NCBI GenBank assembly: GCA_050999295.1
Contig: JBPCPI010000089.1
Coordinates: 4,533 to 68,532, forward strand
Length of the DNA stretch: 64,000 bases
Reading direction: 5' to 3'
Source of the DNA: Geodermatophilaceae bacterium
GTDB taxonomy: Bacteria > Actinomycetota > Actinomycetes > Mycobacteriales > Geodermatophilaceae
Within the stretch, counting starts at the first letter, position 1. Each line of letters starts with the position of its first letter. Below the pieces are notes generated by a model. That model had not been told where the DNA came from. It made no database searches and worked only from the letters and a program-made list of their open reading frames with translations. This document shows positions 45,803 through 57,100 of the stretch, piece by piece. Both the position numbers and the translations under genes were made by a program.

Positions 45803-47287
45803 TCACCGGTTCTGCGACCTGGGCAAGGCCTGCAACGACGGTGCCCGCCGTATCCGGAAGCGCTGCCGCAGTGCGAGGCGCGCAGCGTGGTCACCGCACA
45901 TGCCGTGTACGGCCGGTCCTGGAGGCGTCGCCGAGGAACACAGGTAAACCCCATCCAGCGGCGTCCGATAGGTCGACCACCGTGGCACGGGACGAGCCAG
46001 CATCTGCAGGAACGAGGTCTCCCCCGCGCTGATGTCTCCGCCCACGTAGTTCGGGTCGTAGTCGGCCATCTGGGCGGCAGTCATGGTGTGTCGCCCCATC
46101 ACCAGGTCACGGAATCCCGGTGCGGCGGCCTCGATCTGATCCTCGATGACCTGTGTCATGTCCACAGTGGATCTTGCAGGTACATGGCAGTACGCCCAGA
46201 CGACGTGTCCGCCCTCGGGCGCGCGGCTGGGATCGGGCACCGTTGGCTGCACGGTGAGGACGAACGGGTGTTCGGGGTGGCGACCTGCCGCGACATCTGC
46301 TTCGGAGGTCGCTATCTGCTCGTAACTTCCGCCCAGGTGGATGGTCCCGGCCCGCGCCACGTCCGGATTCGTCCAGGGAACCGGCCCCGACAATGCCCAG
46401 TCCACCTTGCACACACCCGGCCCATAGCGGAAGCGCTGCAATGCTTTCCGGTAGCCGCCCGGCAGCCGATCGGGACCAGCCATTCGGAGAAAGCTGTCCG
46501 GTGCGACATCGAGCAAGATGGCGCGGGCGGGAGGCAGCTCGTCGAGACTGCCGATCTCGTGGTCGGTCACGACCTCGCCCCCCGAGGCGACCAGCGCGGC
46601 GACCATCGCATCACTGAGCGCCTGCGAGCCGCCGGCAACGACGGGCCAGCCGACGGCGTGGCTCAGCAGCATCAGGACCAGGCCCAGACCTCCGGTCACC
46701 GGCCGATCCAGGCGCATCATGCTGTGCGCCGCGCACCCGGCCAGCACTGCCCGCGCCCGATCGTCCTCGAAGCGCCCGGCCAAGGACTTCGCACTGCGCA
46801 GTCCGTACTTGGCGAAGTGCAACGCCGCCGGCCAACCCGACGTCGGCACCCGGCGGAAGGTGCCCAACAGCGTCGCCAGCAGTCGCGGCGCATCAGCGAC
46901 CAACGGGGCCAGGAGTCGCTGGTAGGACGGTCCGTCCGGTCCGAGCGAAGCGGCCGTACGGGCTAGATCCCGATGGATCAGCACGGCACGGTCGTCGGAG
47001 AGTGGATGGGCGAAGGGCAGCTCCGCATGGACCAGTTCGACGCCATGGGCAGCGAGGTCGAACTCGGCGAAGAACGGCGAGATCGCGACCATCGGATGCG
47101 CCGTCGAGCAGGTGTCGTGCACGAATCCTGGCTCGGTCAGGGCCGCCGTGCGCGTTCCGCCGCCCCAGGTGGGCGCCCGCTCGTACACCCGTACAGACAG
47201 CCCCGCCGCAGCCATTCGCAGGGCGGCCGCGAGGCCGTTCGGCCCGGCGCCAACCACGACCGCGTCGAGGTCAGTCACCGTGCTCAT
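45803..47287 (-). CDS. FAD-dependent oxidoreductase, phytoene-desaturase (CrtI) family
   Basis: VVVGAGPNGLAAA dinucleotide fold and an amine-oxidase/CrtI-like body. ATGA overlap with the meaB stop. Confidence 0.75.
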   Translation of the reverse strand: MSTVTDLDAVVVGAGPNGLAAALRMAAAGLSVRVYERAPTWGGGTRTAALTEPGFVHDTCSTAHPMVAISPFFAEFDLAAHGVELVHAELPFAHPLSDDRAVLIHRDLARTAASLGPDGPSYQRLLAPLVADAPRLLATLLGTFRRVPTSGWPAALHFAKYGLRSAKSLAGRFEDDRARAVLAGCAAHSMMRLDRPVTGGLGLVLMLLSHAVGWPVVAGGSQALSDAMVAALVASGGEVVTDHEIGSLDELPPARAILLDVAPDSFLRMAGPDRLPGGYRKALQRFRYGPGVCKVDWALSGPVPWTNPDVARAGTIHLGGSYEQIATSEADVAAGRHPEHPFVLTVQPTVPDPSRAPEGGHVVWAYCHVPARSTVDMTQVIEDQIEAAAPGFRDLVMGRHTMTAAQMADYDPNYVGGDISAGETSFLQMLARPVPRWSTYRTPLDGVYLCSSATPPGPAVHGMCGDHAARLALRQRFRIRRAPSLQALPRSQNR

Positions 47288-48300
47288 GCCAACCGCACAG
47301 TTTCCTCGATCACTGCATCAGCGGCGGCGTACGGGTCGAGCTCCCCGCCCACCACGCGTGCTGCCAGAGCGCTCAGCGCGGCCGAGCCGTGCACGTCGCC
47401 CATCCGCGCCCGCAGCGCTGCGACCGCGATCGCCTCGATCTCGGCCGCCGCTCGCTCCTGTTGGCGGCGGGCGCGTTCTCCGGAGGCGTCGAGCCACTGG
47501 CGGTGCTTGTCCAAGGCCGTGACCACATCCGCGATACCTTCGCCCCTGGATGCCACGGTGGACAGGATCGGTGGTCGCCAAGCGCCCGCCGCGGAGTGCC
47601 GCCCGCCCAGGGACAGCATGTAGCGCAGGTCGCGGACGGTCTGTTGTGCCCCGTCGCGGTCGGCCTTGTTGACGACGTACAGATCGGCGACCTCGAGGAT
47701 TCCGGCCTTGGCGGCCTGGATGCCATCACCCATGCCCGGGGCCAGGAGGACCATGGTGGAGTCGGCGAGTTGGGCGATCTCGACCTCGGCCTGTCCCACG
47801 CCGACGGTCTCGATGAGCACGACATCACAGCCCGCCCCATCCAGGACGCGAAGGGCTTGCGGCGTGGCCCAGGCCAATCCGCCAAGATGACCGCGCGAGG
47901 CCATGGAGCGGATGAACACCTCGGGGTCCAGGGCATGCTCCTGCATCCGCACCCGGTCCCCGAGCAAGGCGCCTCCGGAGAACGGCGATGACGGGTCGAC
48001 CGCAAGCACCCCCACCCGCTTACCGGCAGCGCGGAACTCGGTGACCAGAGCAGTGGTCGTGGTCGACTTTCCCACCCCCGGCGGTCCGGTCAGTCCGATG
48101 ATCTGGGCATGGCCCACGTGCGGGACGAGCGCAGCGGAGACCTCGCGGAGTTTGGGACTGACGTCTTCGACCAGAGAGATCAGCCGCGCGACCGCACGGG
48201 CCTGGCCCTGGCGGGCACGAGCAACCAGATCCCCGACGTCGGCCTCTCGCCGATCGGAGCGTCTGCTGCGGTACGGGGTTGCGGTCTCCTGGGCCCTCAC
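47284..48300 (-). CDS. meaB: methylmalonyl-CoA-mutase-associated G-protein chaperone
   Basis: [10 protein letters not shown]-loop, ETVGVGQ, NKAD. GTG 48300 overlaps the thiolase stop. Confidence 0.88.
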   Translation of the reverse strand: MRAQETATPYRSRRSDRREADVGDLVARARQGQARAVARLISLVEDVSPKLREVSAALVPHVGHAQIIGLTGPPGVGKSTTTTALVTEFRAAGKRVGVLAVDPSSPFSGGALLGDRVRMQEHALDPEVFIRSMASRGHLGGLAWATPQALRVLDGAGCDVVLIETVGVGQAEVEIAQLADSTMVLLAPGMGDGIQAAKAGILEVADLYVVNKADRDGAQQTVRDLRYMLSLGGRHSAAGAWRPPILSTVASRGEGIADVVTALDKHRQWLDASGERARRQQERAAAEIEAIAVAALRARMGDVHGSAALSALAARVVGGELDPYAAADAVIEETVRLA

Positions 48301-49487
48301 CCGCGGATGGGTACCTTGACGATCAGGGCATCGCCCTGCCCGCCGCCCCCGCACAGCCCTGCCGCACCTACCCCGCCACCGCGGCGGCCGAGCTCCAACG
48401 CCAGGTGCAGCACCAGGCGTGCCCCGCTCATCCCGATCGGGTGACCGAGGGCGATTGCGCCTCCGTTCACGTTGACCCGGTCCTCGTCGACGCCGAGCTT
48501 CCGGGTTGACACGATTCCCACCGCGGCGAAGGCCTCGTTGATCTCGAGCAGGTCGAGGTCGGTGGGCTGGATGCCTTCCTTGGCACAAGCCGCCTTGATC
48601 GCATTGGCCGGCTGCTCGTGCAGTGAGGTGTCCGGCCCGGCAACCACTCCGTGCGCACCGATCTCGGCGATCGGGGGGAGTCCGAGTTCTGCGGCCTTGG
48701 CGGCGGACATCACGACGACTGCGCAGGCGCCGTCGGAGATCTGCGAGGCCGAGCCTGCAGTGATCGAGCCCTCGTTGGCGAAGGCTGGGCGCAACTTGGC
48801 CAGGCTGTCGGCGGTCGTGTCGACTCGGATGCCCTCGTCGGTGCTGAACTCGATCGGGTCGCCCTTGCGCTGCGGGATCTGCACCGGGACCAGCTCGTCG
48901 TCGTACAGGCCGTTCTTGGCTGCGAGTGCTGCCTTCTGGTGGCTGGCGGCGGCGAAGGCGTCCTGCTCCTCACGGGTCAGGTTGTAGCGATCGTTGTAGG
49001 ACTCGGTGGACGCGCCCATGGCGACCTGGTCGAAGGCGCAGAACAGCCCGTCATAGGACATCGAGTCGATCAGTGCGACATCCCCGAACTTGGTCCCCTC
49101 GCGAGACTTCGGCAACAGATGTGGGGCATTGGTCATGGATTCCATGCCGCCGGCGACGACGATCTCGAACTCCCCGGCCCGGATCAGCTGATCGGCCAAC
49201 GCGATGGCGTCCAGGCCGGACAGACACACCTTGTTGACAGTCAGGGCCGGGATCGTCATGGGGATGCCACCTTTCATGGCGGCCTGACGGGCGGTGATCT
49301 GGCCGGCACCGGCCTGCAGGACCTGGCCCATGATCACGTACTGGACCTGGTCACCTGAGATACCGGCGCGCTCGAGAGCGCCCTTGATGGCTATCCCGCC
49401 CAGGTCGGCCCCGGAGAACCCCTTGAGCGAACCGAGCAGCCGACCCATCGGCGTACGCGCGCCCCCGACGATGACCGAACCCGACAT
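48297..49487 (-). CDS. acetyl-CoA C-acetyltransferase (thiolase II)
   Basis: [19 protein letters not shown] (active Cys), [23 protein letters not shown]. Confidence 0.92.
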   Translation of the reverse strand: MSGSVIVGGARTPMGRLLGSLKGFSGADLGGIAIKGALERAGISGDQVQYVIMGQVLQAGAGQITARQAAMKGGIPMTIPALTVNKVCLSGLDAIALADQLIRAGEFEIVVAGGMESMTNAPHLLPKSREGTKFGDVALIDSMSYDGLFCAFDQVAMGASTESYNDRYNLTREEQDAFAAASHQKAALAAKNGLYDDELVPVQIPQRKGDPIEFSTDEGIRVDTTADSLAKLRPAFANEGSITAGSASQISDGACAVVVMSAAKAAELGLPPIAEIGAHGVVAGPDTSLHEQPANAIKAACAKEGIQPTDLDLLEINEAFAAVGIVSTRKLGVDEDRVNVNGGAIALGHPIGMSGARLVLHLALELGRRGGGVGAAGLCGGGGQGDALIVKVPIRG

Positions 49488-49602
49488 GACCCGTCCCTTC
49501 GACAGCGGTGAAGGCATTGGCCGACAACGACACGGCCCGCACTGAGCACCGCCCAGTCTACCGATCCGCCCAGAACGCGGGCGGGAGTGCAGAATCGACA
49601 TC

Positions 49603-50031
49603 GTGTTCACCCATCTCGATCATGTTGGCATCGCCGTCCCCGACCTCGATGCGGCGCTTGCCTTTTACGCCGAGACCTTCGACCTGCGGTCAGTGCACGA
49701 AGAGGTCAACGAGGAGCAGGGAGTCCGCGAGGCGATGCTCATGGTCGGGGACTCGGGTGGCTGCATCCAGCTGCTCTCCCCGTTGCACCCGGATTCGGTG
49801 CTGGCCAGGTTCCTGGAGCGATCCGGGCCCGGAATCCAACAAGTGGCTTACCGAGTGACCGACATCGACGAGGTCTGCGCGACGTTGCGCGAGCGCGGCT
49901 TGCGGCTCATCTACGACTCCCCCAGGCGCGGTACGGCGAACTCCCGGGTGAACTTCATCCACCCCAAGGATGCCGGCGGGGTCCTGGTCGAACTCGTCGA
50001 GCCCGCCGCGGTGCCGGTGGACCAGAGCTGA
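49603..50031 (+). CDS. mce: methylmalonyl-CoA epimerase (VOC family)
   Basis: [18 protein letters not shown]...IQQVAYRV...[15 protein letters not shown]. Confidence 0.85.
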   Translation: MFTHLDHVGIAVPDLDAALAFYAETFDLRSVHEEVNEEQGVREAMLMVGDSGGCIQLLSPLHPDSVLARFLERSGPGIQQVAYRVTDIDEVCATLRERGLRLIYDSPRRGTANSRVNFIHPKDAGGVLVELVEPAAVPVDQS

Positions 50032-50039
50032 CCAGGGCG

Positions 50040-50714
50040 ATGCCACGTCCCCTTGCTGAGCTGATCGACCCGGGCTGGGCGGCCGGACTGGAACCGGTGG
50101 CCGATGTCGTCACCGCGATGGGTGGTTTCCTGCGCGCCGAGATCGCCGCCGGGCGCTCTTACCTGCCAGTCGGCCAGCACGTCCTGCGCGCATTCGAACG
50201 ACCGTTGGCCGACGTGCGGGTGCTGATCGTCGGTCAGGACCCGTACCCGACGCCGGGGCATGCGGTCGGCCTGTCGTTCTCGGTCGCCCCTGACGTACGG
50301 CCGATTCCGCGGAGCCTCAGCAACATCTATCGCGAGCTCTCCGCCGATCTCGGGGTCGACCCACCGCCGCACGGGGACCTGTCGGCTTGGTCGGATCGCG
50401 GGGTCCTGCTGCTCAACAGATGCCTGACCGTGCAGCCGGGCAACTCTGGCGCGCACCGGGGCAAAGGCTGGGAGAAGGTGACCGACCGGGCCATCGATGT
50501 GCTCGTGGCCCGGGACCAGCCCTTGGTGGCGATCCTCTGGGGCAAGGACGCGCAGACGCTGCGCCCCCGGCTGGGCACGGTTCCGGTGGTGGCCAGCGTC
50601 CACCCGAGTCCCATGTCGGCCGATCGGGGTTTCTTCGGCTCCCGCCCATTCAGCCAGGTCAATGCGCTGCTTGCCGCACAAGGTGCCGCACCGATCGACT
50701 GGAGTCTCCAGTGA
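50040..50714 (+). CDS. ung: uracil-DNA glycosylase (family 1)
   Basis: [29 protein letters not shown]. Confidence 0.92.
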   Translation: MPRPLAELIDPGWAAGLEPVADVVTAMGGFLRAEIAAGRSYLPVGQHVLRAFERPLADVRVLIVGQDPYPTPGHAVGLSFSVAPDVRPIPRSLSNIYRELSADLGVDPPPHGDLSAWSDRGVLLLNRCLTVQPGNSGAHRGKGWEKVTDRAIDVLVARDQPLVAILWGKDAQTLRPRLGTVPVVASVHPSPMSADRGFFGSRPFSQVNALLAAQGAAPIDWSLQ

Positions 50715-50793
50715 TGCCGTCGGCCGCAACGTCCGAGCGACGGTACGCAATCACGGTCGCGACTTCGGACGCAGCGGCCGACGAGGCTCAGCA

Positions 50794-52323
50794 ATGACCG
50801 AAACTGCCTTAGTCACGGGGGCGAGCGGGTACGTCGGGGGTCGGCTCGTCCCCGCGCTGCTGGAGGCTGGCTGGTCAGTACGGGCTATGGCGCGCAAGGC
50901 TTCCCGTCTGCGCGATTATCCCTGGGCCGCAGACGTCAGGGTCGTCGAGGGCGACGTCCTGGAGCCGGCCAGCCTTGCGCCAGCTCTCGACGGTGTCGAC
51001 GTCGCCTACTACCTGGTGCACGCCATCGGTTCCGGCTCGGACTTCGAGACGACCGATCGTCGGGCTGCAGAGAATTTCGCAACCGCGGCACGGGCAGCGG
51101 GCCTGGGCCGGATCGTGTACCTGGGCGGGATGACCCCCGAAGGGGAGGAACTCTCGCCACACCTGCGCAGCCGTGAGGAGGTCGGCCAGATCCTGCTCGA
51201 CAGCGGGGTCCCGGCGGCGGTGCTGAAGGCTGCTGTCGTGCTGGGAAGCGGCAGCGCGAGTTTCGAGATGCTGCGGCACCTAACAGAGCGCCTGCCGGTG
51301 ATGGTCACGCCGAAGTGGGTCGATGTGCGGATCCAGCCGATTGCCATCCGCGACGTCTTGCATTACCTCGTCGGCGCAGCAGGCCTACCGGCCGAGGTCA
51401 ACCGAAGCTTCGACATCGGTGGTGCGGACGTAGTGACCTACCGGAACATGATGCAGGACTATGCCCGCGTCGCCGGGCTGCCCCGCCGACGGATCATCGG
51501 CGTTCCGGTTCTTACCCCCACCTTGTCAGCGCACTGGGTCGGGCTCGTGACGCCTGTTCCGGGAAGCTTGGCCAAACCGCTGGTGGAGAGCCTCAGGAAC
51601 ACCGTCGTGGCCCGCGAGCACGACATCGCGGTTTTCGTTCCGGATCCACCGGAGGGACTGCTGGGGGTCGAGGAAGCAATCCGGCGGGCCTTGGCGAGGA
51701 TTCGCGACGCCGATGTCAAGACACACTGGTCCAACGCCTCGGTCGCCGGGGCCTGCAGCGACCCGATGCCGACCGATCCCGAGTGGGCGCGCGGAGACCT
51801 GTACGTCGATGACCGGAGCAGCGTCGTGGCCGCACCACGGCAGGCACTCTGGGAGGTCATCGAAGGAATCGGCGGTAGCGCCGGCTGGTACTCCTGGAAG
51901 TTGGCCTGGCGGGTCCGCGGCATCCTGGATCGGCTGTGGGGTGGCCCAGGATTGCGCCGCGGGCGTCGCAGTCCGTATGACCTGCAAATCGGCGACGTCG
52001 TGGACTGGTGGCGGGTGGAGGAGATCGTGGACGGCGAGGTGCTGCGGCTGCGCGCCGAGATGCGGGTCCCCGGCCGGGCTTGGCTCGACCTGGGCATCGA
52101 GACCGACGATCAGGGCCGGACGGTGTACCGCCAGCGAGCGGTCTATGCGCCGCGAGGTCTGCTCGGCCGGGCCTACTGGTGGGCTGTGTGGCCCTTCCAC
52201 GGGTCCGTCTTCGGCGGGATGCAGCGCAACATTGCCGCTCGCGCCGAGCAGGTCGCTCGCGACGGTTCCGGCCCGCGCTGGAAGCCCTCCGGGACTCCGC
52301 CGAGATCCGGGTCAGCCGCATAA
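50794..52323 (+). CDS. NAD(P)H-binding (NmrA/SDR-like) protein with C-terminal DUF2867-like domain
   Basis: VTGASGYVGGRL Rossmann N-terminus. C-terminal half has GDVVDWWRVEE...AEMRVPGRAWL. Confidence 0.7.
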   Translation: MTETALVTGASGYVGGRLVPALLEAGWSVRAMARKASRLRDYPWAADVRVVEGDVLEPASLAPALDGVDVAYYLVHAIGSGSDFETTDRRAAENFATAARAAGLGRIVYLGGMTPEGEELSPHLRSREEVGQILLDSGVPAAVLKAAVVLGSGSASFEMLRHLTERLPVMVTPKWVDVRIQPIAIRDVLHYLVGAAGLPAEVNRSFDIGGADVVTYRNMMQDYARVAGLPRRRIIGVPVLTPTLSAHWVGLVTPVPGSLAKPLVESLRNTVVAREHDIAVFVPDPPEGLLGVEEAIRRALARIRDADVKTHWSNASVAGACSDPMPTDPEWARGDLYVDDRSSVVAAPRQALWEVIEGIGGSAGWYSWKLAWRVRGILDRLWGGPGLRRGRRSPYDLQIGDVVDWWRVEEIVDGEVLRLRAEMRVPGRAWLDLGIETDDQGRTVYRQRAVYAPRGLLGRAYWWAVWPFHGSVFGGMQRNIAARAEQVARDGSGPRWKPSGTPPRSGSAA

Positions 52324-52412
52324 CACCCGTCCTGAGCGCATGTCCGGTGAAGCGACGGGTGCAACCGGCACAGGACGGGTGGCCTGCACTCGCCGGCGCG
52401 AGTCCAGGCCCC

Positions 52413-53402
52413 TCAGCGCAGGGCCGGTGCCACTTCACTCTCGAACAGCTCGATCCCGCTCCGGTCGTAGGCCGCCTCGGCGAAGTAGCAGATCGCGTAC
52501 GTCATCCCCATCTCCTGCGCCGCCGTGAGGGCCTCGATGATCTGATCGGGGGTGCCCACAGCCGGACCGGAGCGCGCATCTTCGACCGCCTTGTCGGCTC
52601 GGGCATCGCCCACGATTGCGCGGTAATGGTCCCCGAACCACTCAAGCCGCGTATCCACTTCGGCCTGATCAGCACCGATGACCACGTTGTAGTTGGCACT
52701 GCGGGTGATCTCGGAGAAGTCCCGGCCGAGATCCTTGCAGTGGCCCTGCAGGACCGACGACTTGTGCGCGAATACATCCGGGGTCCCGTCGAAGTTCGTG
52801 TATGCCGCGTTCTGGGCAGCGATTCGGAGGGTCTTCTTCTCCCCGCCACCGGCGATCCACAGCGGAATCCCGCCGTCCTGCAACGGCAGCGGACGGCAGA
52901 TCGCACGCTCGACCTGATAGTGCTCCCCGTCCAGAGACGCCGTGCCCGTCTCCCACAGCTGGCGCATGATCTGAACGCCCTCATCCAGCATGCCCAACCG
53001 GATCCCGGCGCGCGGGAAGCCGTATCCGTAGGCGCGCCACTCGTTCTCGTACCACCCCGCGCCGATGCCCATCTCCAGCCGACCGCCGCTGATGATGTCC
53101 ACGGTCGCCGCGACCTTGGCTAGATAGGCAGGGTTCCGGTAGGCCATGCAGGTACACATCTGGCCTAGTCGCACCCGGGACGTGCTCGCTGCCAACGCCG
53201 ACATCAGCGTCCAAGCCTCGTGGGTGGCCTCATCGGTCGGCTTCGGCACGGTGTGGAAGTGGTCGTAGACCCACACCGACTCCCAGGTGTCCCCGGAGTC
53301 GGCGTGTTCGGCCACCGAGTGCATAACCGACCACTGCTCGGCCGGATCGATGCCAGCGAGGTCGAGTCGCCAGCCCTGCGGCACGAAGAGTCCGAAGCGC
53401 AT
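52413..53402 (-). CDS. luciferase-like (LLM class) flavin/F420-dependent oxidoreductase
   Basis: MRFGLFVPQG..., SVWVYDHF, GRLEMGIGAGW. Confidence 0.85.
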   Translation of the reverse strand: MRFGLFVPQGWRLDLAGIDPAEQWSVMHSVAEHADSGDTWESVWVYDHFHTVPKPTDEATHEAWTLMSALAASTSRVRLGQMCTCMAYRNPAYLAKVAATVDIISGGRLEMGIGAGWYENEWRAYGYGFPRAGIRLGMLDEGVQIMRQLWETGTASLDGEHYQVERAICRPLPLQDGGIPLWIAGGGEKKTLRIAAQNAAYTNFDGTPDVFAHKSSVLQGHCKDLGRDFSEITRSANYNVVIGADQAEVDTRLEWFGDHYRAIVGDARADKAVEDARSGPAVGTPDQIIEALTAAQEMGMTYAICYFAEAAYDRSGIELFESEVAPALR

Positions 53403-53524
53403 GCCTCCAACTTACGACGCCCTACCCGCGAGGCCCCGCCCCGGTCATGCCTGGGACGGCTACCGCCGTACGTCGAAGGCGTCTTGGCCACGCCCTTTGG
53501 CGTCTGCTCAGTTAGGTTCCACCC

Positions 53525-54856
53525 GTGAAGCAGATCTCCGAGGCGATCCTGGCGGATTCGTTGGCCGACATCGCCGACCTGCCGCTTCCGGACTCCTATC
53601 GCGCCGTCGTCGTGCGCGAGGAGGATCAGGAGATGTTCGGCGGGATGTCCTCACGCGACAAGGATCCCCGCAGATCGCTGCACATCCAGGACGTCCCGAC
53701 CCCGGAACTCGGTCCGGGCGAGGCGTTGATCGCGGTCATGGCCAGCGCGGTCAACTACAACACCGTCTGGACCTCGATTTTCGAGCCGGTCTCGACGTTC
53801 GGGTTCCTCAAGCGGTACGGCCGAGTCTCGGCACTCACCAAGCGCCACGACCTGCCCTATCACGTCGTCGGCTCGGACCTGTCCGGCGTCGTCGTACGGG
53901 TCGGCGTCGGGGTGAACAACTGGAAGCCGGGCGACGAGGTGGTCGCCCACTGCCTATCCGTCGAGCTCGAGGACTCGGCCGGTCACGACGACACGATGCT
54001 CGATCCGCAGCAGCGGATCTGGGGCTTCGAGACGAACTTCGGCGGCCTGGCCGACCTCGCCCTGGTCAAGTCCAACCAGCTGATGCCCAAGGCCAAGCAT
54101 CTGACCTGGGAGGAGGCAGCCTGTCCGGGACTGGTCAACTCCACGGCCTACCGCCAGTTGGTGGGCAAGCATGGTGCCGCGATGAAGCAGGGCGACATCG
54201 TGCTCATCTGGGGAGCCTCAGGCGGCCTCGGTTCCTACGCCACGCAATTCGCGCTCAACGGTGGAGGCATCCCGGTCTGCGTGGTCAGCAGCCCGGACAA
54301 GGCCGAGCTCGTCCGGCGGATGGGGGCCGATCTGGTCATCGACCGCAGCGCCGAGAGCTACCAGTTCTGGAAAGACGAGCACACCCAGGACCCCAAGGAG
54401 TGGCAGCGCTTCGGCGCCAAGATTCGCGAGCTCACTGGCGGCGAGGCTCCCGACGTCGTCTTCGAGCACCCCGGACGGGAGACCTTCGGGGCCTCGGTGT
54501 ACGTCACCCGGCGCGGCGGCACGATCGTCACCTGCGCCTCGACCAGCGGTTTCCTGCACACCTATGACAACCGTTATCTCTGGATGAACCTCAAGCGGAT
54601 CATCGGTTCGCACTTCGCCAACTATCGAGAGGCGTGGGAGGCCAACCGGCTGATCGCCCGCGGAGCCATCCATCCCACGTTGTCGAATGTCTACGCGCTC
54701 GAGGACGTCGGGCAGGCGGCTTACGACGTACACCGCAATCTTCATCATGGAAAGGTCGGAGTCCGTTGTCTTGCACCGGAGAACGGGCTGGGCGTACGTG
54801 ATCACGAACTTCGCGAGCGGCTCGGGGACAAGCTGCATCGGTTTCGTAACACCTGA
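53525..54856 (+). CDS. ccr: crotonyl-CoA carboxylase/reductase
   Basis: Characteristic CCR blocks: AVNYNTVWTSIFEP, HVVGSDLSGVV, IWGFETNFGGLA, GKVGV. Confidence 0.9.
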   Translation: MKQISEAILADSLADIADLPLPDSYRAVVVREEDQEMFGGMSSRDKDPRRSLHIQDVPTPELGPGEALIAVMASAVNYNTVWTSIFEPVSTFGFLKRYGRVSALTKRHDLPYHVVGSDLSGVVVRVGVGVNNWKPGDEVVAHCLSVELEDSAGHDDTMLDPQQRIWGFETNFGGLADLALVKSNQLMPKAKHLTWEEAACPGLVNSTAYRQLVGKHGAAMKQGDIVLIWGASGGLGSYATQFALNGGGIPVCVVSSPDKAELVRRMGADLVIDRSAESYQFWKDEHTQDPKEWQRFGAKIRELTGGEAPDVVFEHPGRETFGASVYVTRRGGTIVTCASTSGFLHTYDNRYLWMNLKRIIGSHFANYREAWEANRLIARGAIHPTLSNVYALEDVGQAAYDVHRNLHHGKVGVRCLAPENGLGVRDHELRERLGDKLHRFRNT

Positions 54857-54882
54857 CCAGCGACTTTCGCCAGCATGAAAGT

Positions 54883-56040
54883 ATGGGGGCCATGGATCGC
54901 GACAACCCCCACGACATTTTCCAGCAAGACGGCGCGGCGCACAGCTTCGACGTCGTCATTCGCGGCTATGACCGCTCGCAGGTACATGACGTCGTCGACC
55001 GGTTAGACGCCGAGCTCCGGGTCGCCCTGGCCGACAAGGACGCCTCAGCCGCCCGAGCCGCCGAACTGGCCAGTCATCTCGGCGGCGCCCAAGCTGAACT
55101 GGAATCTCTGCGCCAGAAGGCTGAATCCGCGGCCGCACCCAACTTCGAATCCATGGGTGCGCGTATCTCGCACATGCTCAAACTGGCCGAGGAAGAGGCC
55201 AATGACATCCGGCGCAGCGCGCTCGAGGGCCAGACCCGTGCCCAGGCCGAACTCAAGGCCACCACCGAGGAGGGCGAGCGGGTCCGCACCGAGGCGCATG
55301 CCCAGGCCAAGCGGATGACCGAGGAAGCCCAAGCCGAAGCACGTCGGGTGACCGTGGAGGCCAAGGATGCCGCCGCCAAGACGGTCGCCGAGGCCAAGAA
55401 GCAGTCCGACGAACTCAACGGACGCGCCCGCGCAGCCGTCGAACAAGCCGAGATGGCCAGCAAGGCCCGGGTGGCCAAGATCGAGGAGGACTTCCAACTC
55501 GCACAGAAGGCTCGCCGGGCGGAGGCCGCCCGCGTGGAACAGGAGCGCGACCAATCCTCGCGCCGCGACGCCCAGAACCGGATCGAGCAGGCCCAGCGCC
55601 GCTCCGATGAGATGGTGGCTGCCGCCAAACAGCGGGTCACCGACCTAGACGCCCAACGAACCGAACTCCATGCCCGGTTGAATCAGGTGCGCGAACTGTT
55701 GAGCAAGCTCCCCGAGATCGGTCCCGCAACGGTCATCGAAGCCAACGACGCTGCGTCCAAGCCGAAGCCGCCAGCGCCGCAGGCGCGCAACGGGCCGCCC
55801 GAAACTCCGGAGAACGCCGCGGCGGCCAGTGCACCGGATCCGAAGGTCGCGGCAGCGGCGGATTCAGCTAAGGAGCCGGCGAACTCAGGGCCAGATGTTA
55901 ACTCAGGGTCAGCTGACACAGAGCGTGAGATCGATCCGCCGACCGACGTTCAGGGGACTCCGCCGCCTCCGCCGGCAACGCCGCCCAGTTGGCCGGCGAA
56001 CGCGCCGACCCAGGCCATCCCGATTCCCCGTCAGGGCTGA
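54883..56040 (+). CDS. DivIVA-domain coiled-coil protein with Pro-rich tail
   Basis: FDVVIRGYDRSQVHDVVDRL repeat motif, a long Ala/Glu/Arg coiled coil, and a C-terminal PPPPPATPP tail. Confidence 0.8.
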   Translation: MGAMDRDNPHDIFQQDGAAHSFDVVIRGYDRSQVHDVVDRLDAELRVALADKDASAARAAELASHLGGAQAELESLRQKAESAAAPNFESMGARISHMLKLAEEEANDIRRSALEGQTRAQAELKATTEEGERVRTEAHAQAKRMTEEAQAEARRVTVEAKDAAAKTVAEAKKQSDELNGRARAAVEQAEMASKARVAKIEEDFQLAQKARRAEAARVEQERDQSSRRDAQNRIEQAQRRSDEMVAAAKQRVTDLDAQRTELHARLNQVRELLSKLPEIGPATVIEANDAASKPKPPAPQARNGPPETPENAAAASAPDPKVAAAADSAKEPANSGPDVNSGSADTEREIDPPTDVQGTPPPPPATPPSWPANAPTQAIPIPRQG

Positions 56041-56804
56041 GCCGGCTGGTAGTAGTCCGGTAGGGGGTAGGCGGCGGGATTGAGCCGGGCGACGATCTCG
56101 TCGAGCACCCGCTCGGTATGACCGACGAACAGGTGCCTGGCGCCCTCGACCGCGACCACCTCGGCCTGTGGGATCGCGGAGAACCGCTGGCGGGCGGCCG
56201 CCGGCCTGAGATAGTCGTCGAACTCCGGTACGAGGGCGACCACCGGCTTGCCTGATTCCGCCCAGACGTCCAGATCGCCCGCCGTCGCGTAACGCAATGG
56301 CGGGGAGATCAGGATGGCCCCGCAGATCCCGGGGTCGCAGCCATACTTCAAGGTGAGATCGGTACCGAACGACCAGCCGACCAGCCACGGCTGGGACAAC
56401 TCGATGAATTCGGCGTACTCGATCGCCGCGGCCACGTCGAAGCGCTCCTGGATCGCGTGCGAGAACTCCCCCGCCGAGCGACCGTGCTCGCTCTTGGTGC
56501 CTCTGGTGTTGAACCGCAGTACAGCGAAGTCAGCCAGCGCGGGTAGTCGGTTGGCAGCCTTGCGGAACAGGTGGCTGTCCATCATCCCGCCTTCGGTGGG
56601 CAGCGGATGCACGCAGATCATCGTCCCGACGGGGAGACGGGACTGCGGAAGGGCCAGTTCGGCGACCAGGTCGAGACCGTCGGCGGTCTGCAGGGTGAGC
56701 GGCTGCCGACGCGAGGGCAGAACCGTTGTCCCGCGGATCTGGATCGGGGGTTGCTGATTTACCCCAGCCAACGCACTATCTGGGCTCCGCCCGTCCGATA
56801 TCAC
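56031..56804 (-). CDS. alpha/beta hydrolase
   Basis: GWSFG nucleophile elbow. GTG 56804 (GGAG 6 nt upstream) forms a GTGA overlap with the upstream stop. Confidence 0.7.
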   Translation of the reverse strand: MISDGRSPDSALAGVNQQPPIQIRGTTVLPSRRQPLTLQTADGLDLVAELALPQSRLPVGTMICVHPLPTEGGMMDSHLFRKAANRLPALADFAVLRFNTRGTKSEHGRSAGEFSHAIQERFDVAAAIEYAEFIELSQPWLVGWSFGTDLTLKYGCDPGICGAILISPPLRYATAGDLDVWAESGKPVVALVPEFDDYLRPAAARQRFSAIPQAEVVAVEGARHLFVGHTERVLDEIVARLNPAAYPLPDYYQPAQP

Positions 56805-57100
56805 CAGTGGCTCCGGCCAGGATTGCGGCGTCGACGCGAGTGCCAGCACGTACGGTGCCAATGCCTGCGGTCCCCCGCTGCTGCGTCCTCCGCCGCCCAC
56901 ACCACCAGATGTGGTGTGGCGGGGCGGATCTCGTGATCGCAGCCCGGACACCGATAGGTCTTCGTACTCGCGGCGCCCGTGACCGGGCGGACGACCCAGT
57001 CGCCGTCGAAGCCCGACTCGTGCTGATCGCCCATGAAGGGCTCGGCCGCGTCCCCTTTTTCTGTGGCAGGCCGCTCGCGGGGCCTGGAACGGCGTGGCAT
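56801..57100 (-). CDS. small conserved actinobacterial zinc-ribbon-like protein
   Basis: WVVRPVTGAASTKTYRCPGCDHEI...HLVVW...RRHWHRTCW. ATGA overlap with the upstream stop. Confidence 0.65.
   Translation of the reverse strand: MPRRSRPRERPATEKGDAAEPFMGDQHESGFDGDWVVRPVTGAASTKTYRCPGCDHEIRPATPHLVVWAAEDAAAGDRRHWHRTCWHSRRRRNPGRSHW

Noticed and set aside
46919-46930. TGGTAGGACGG inside the CrtI-like gene as another operator copy
   Set aside because: It matches 9 of 10 positions but lies deep inside a coding region, far from any promoter. It is probably chance.
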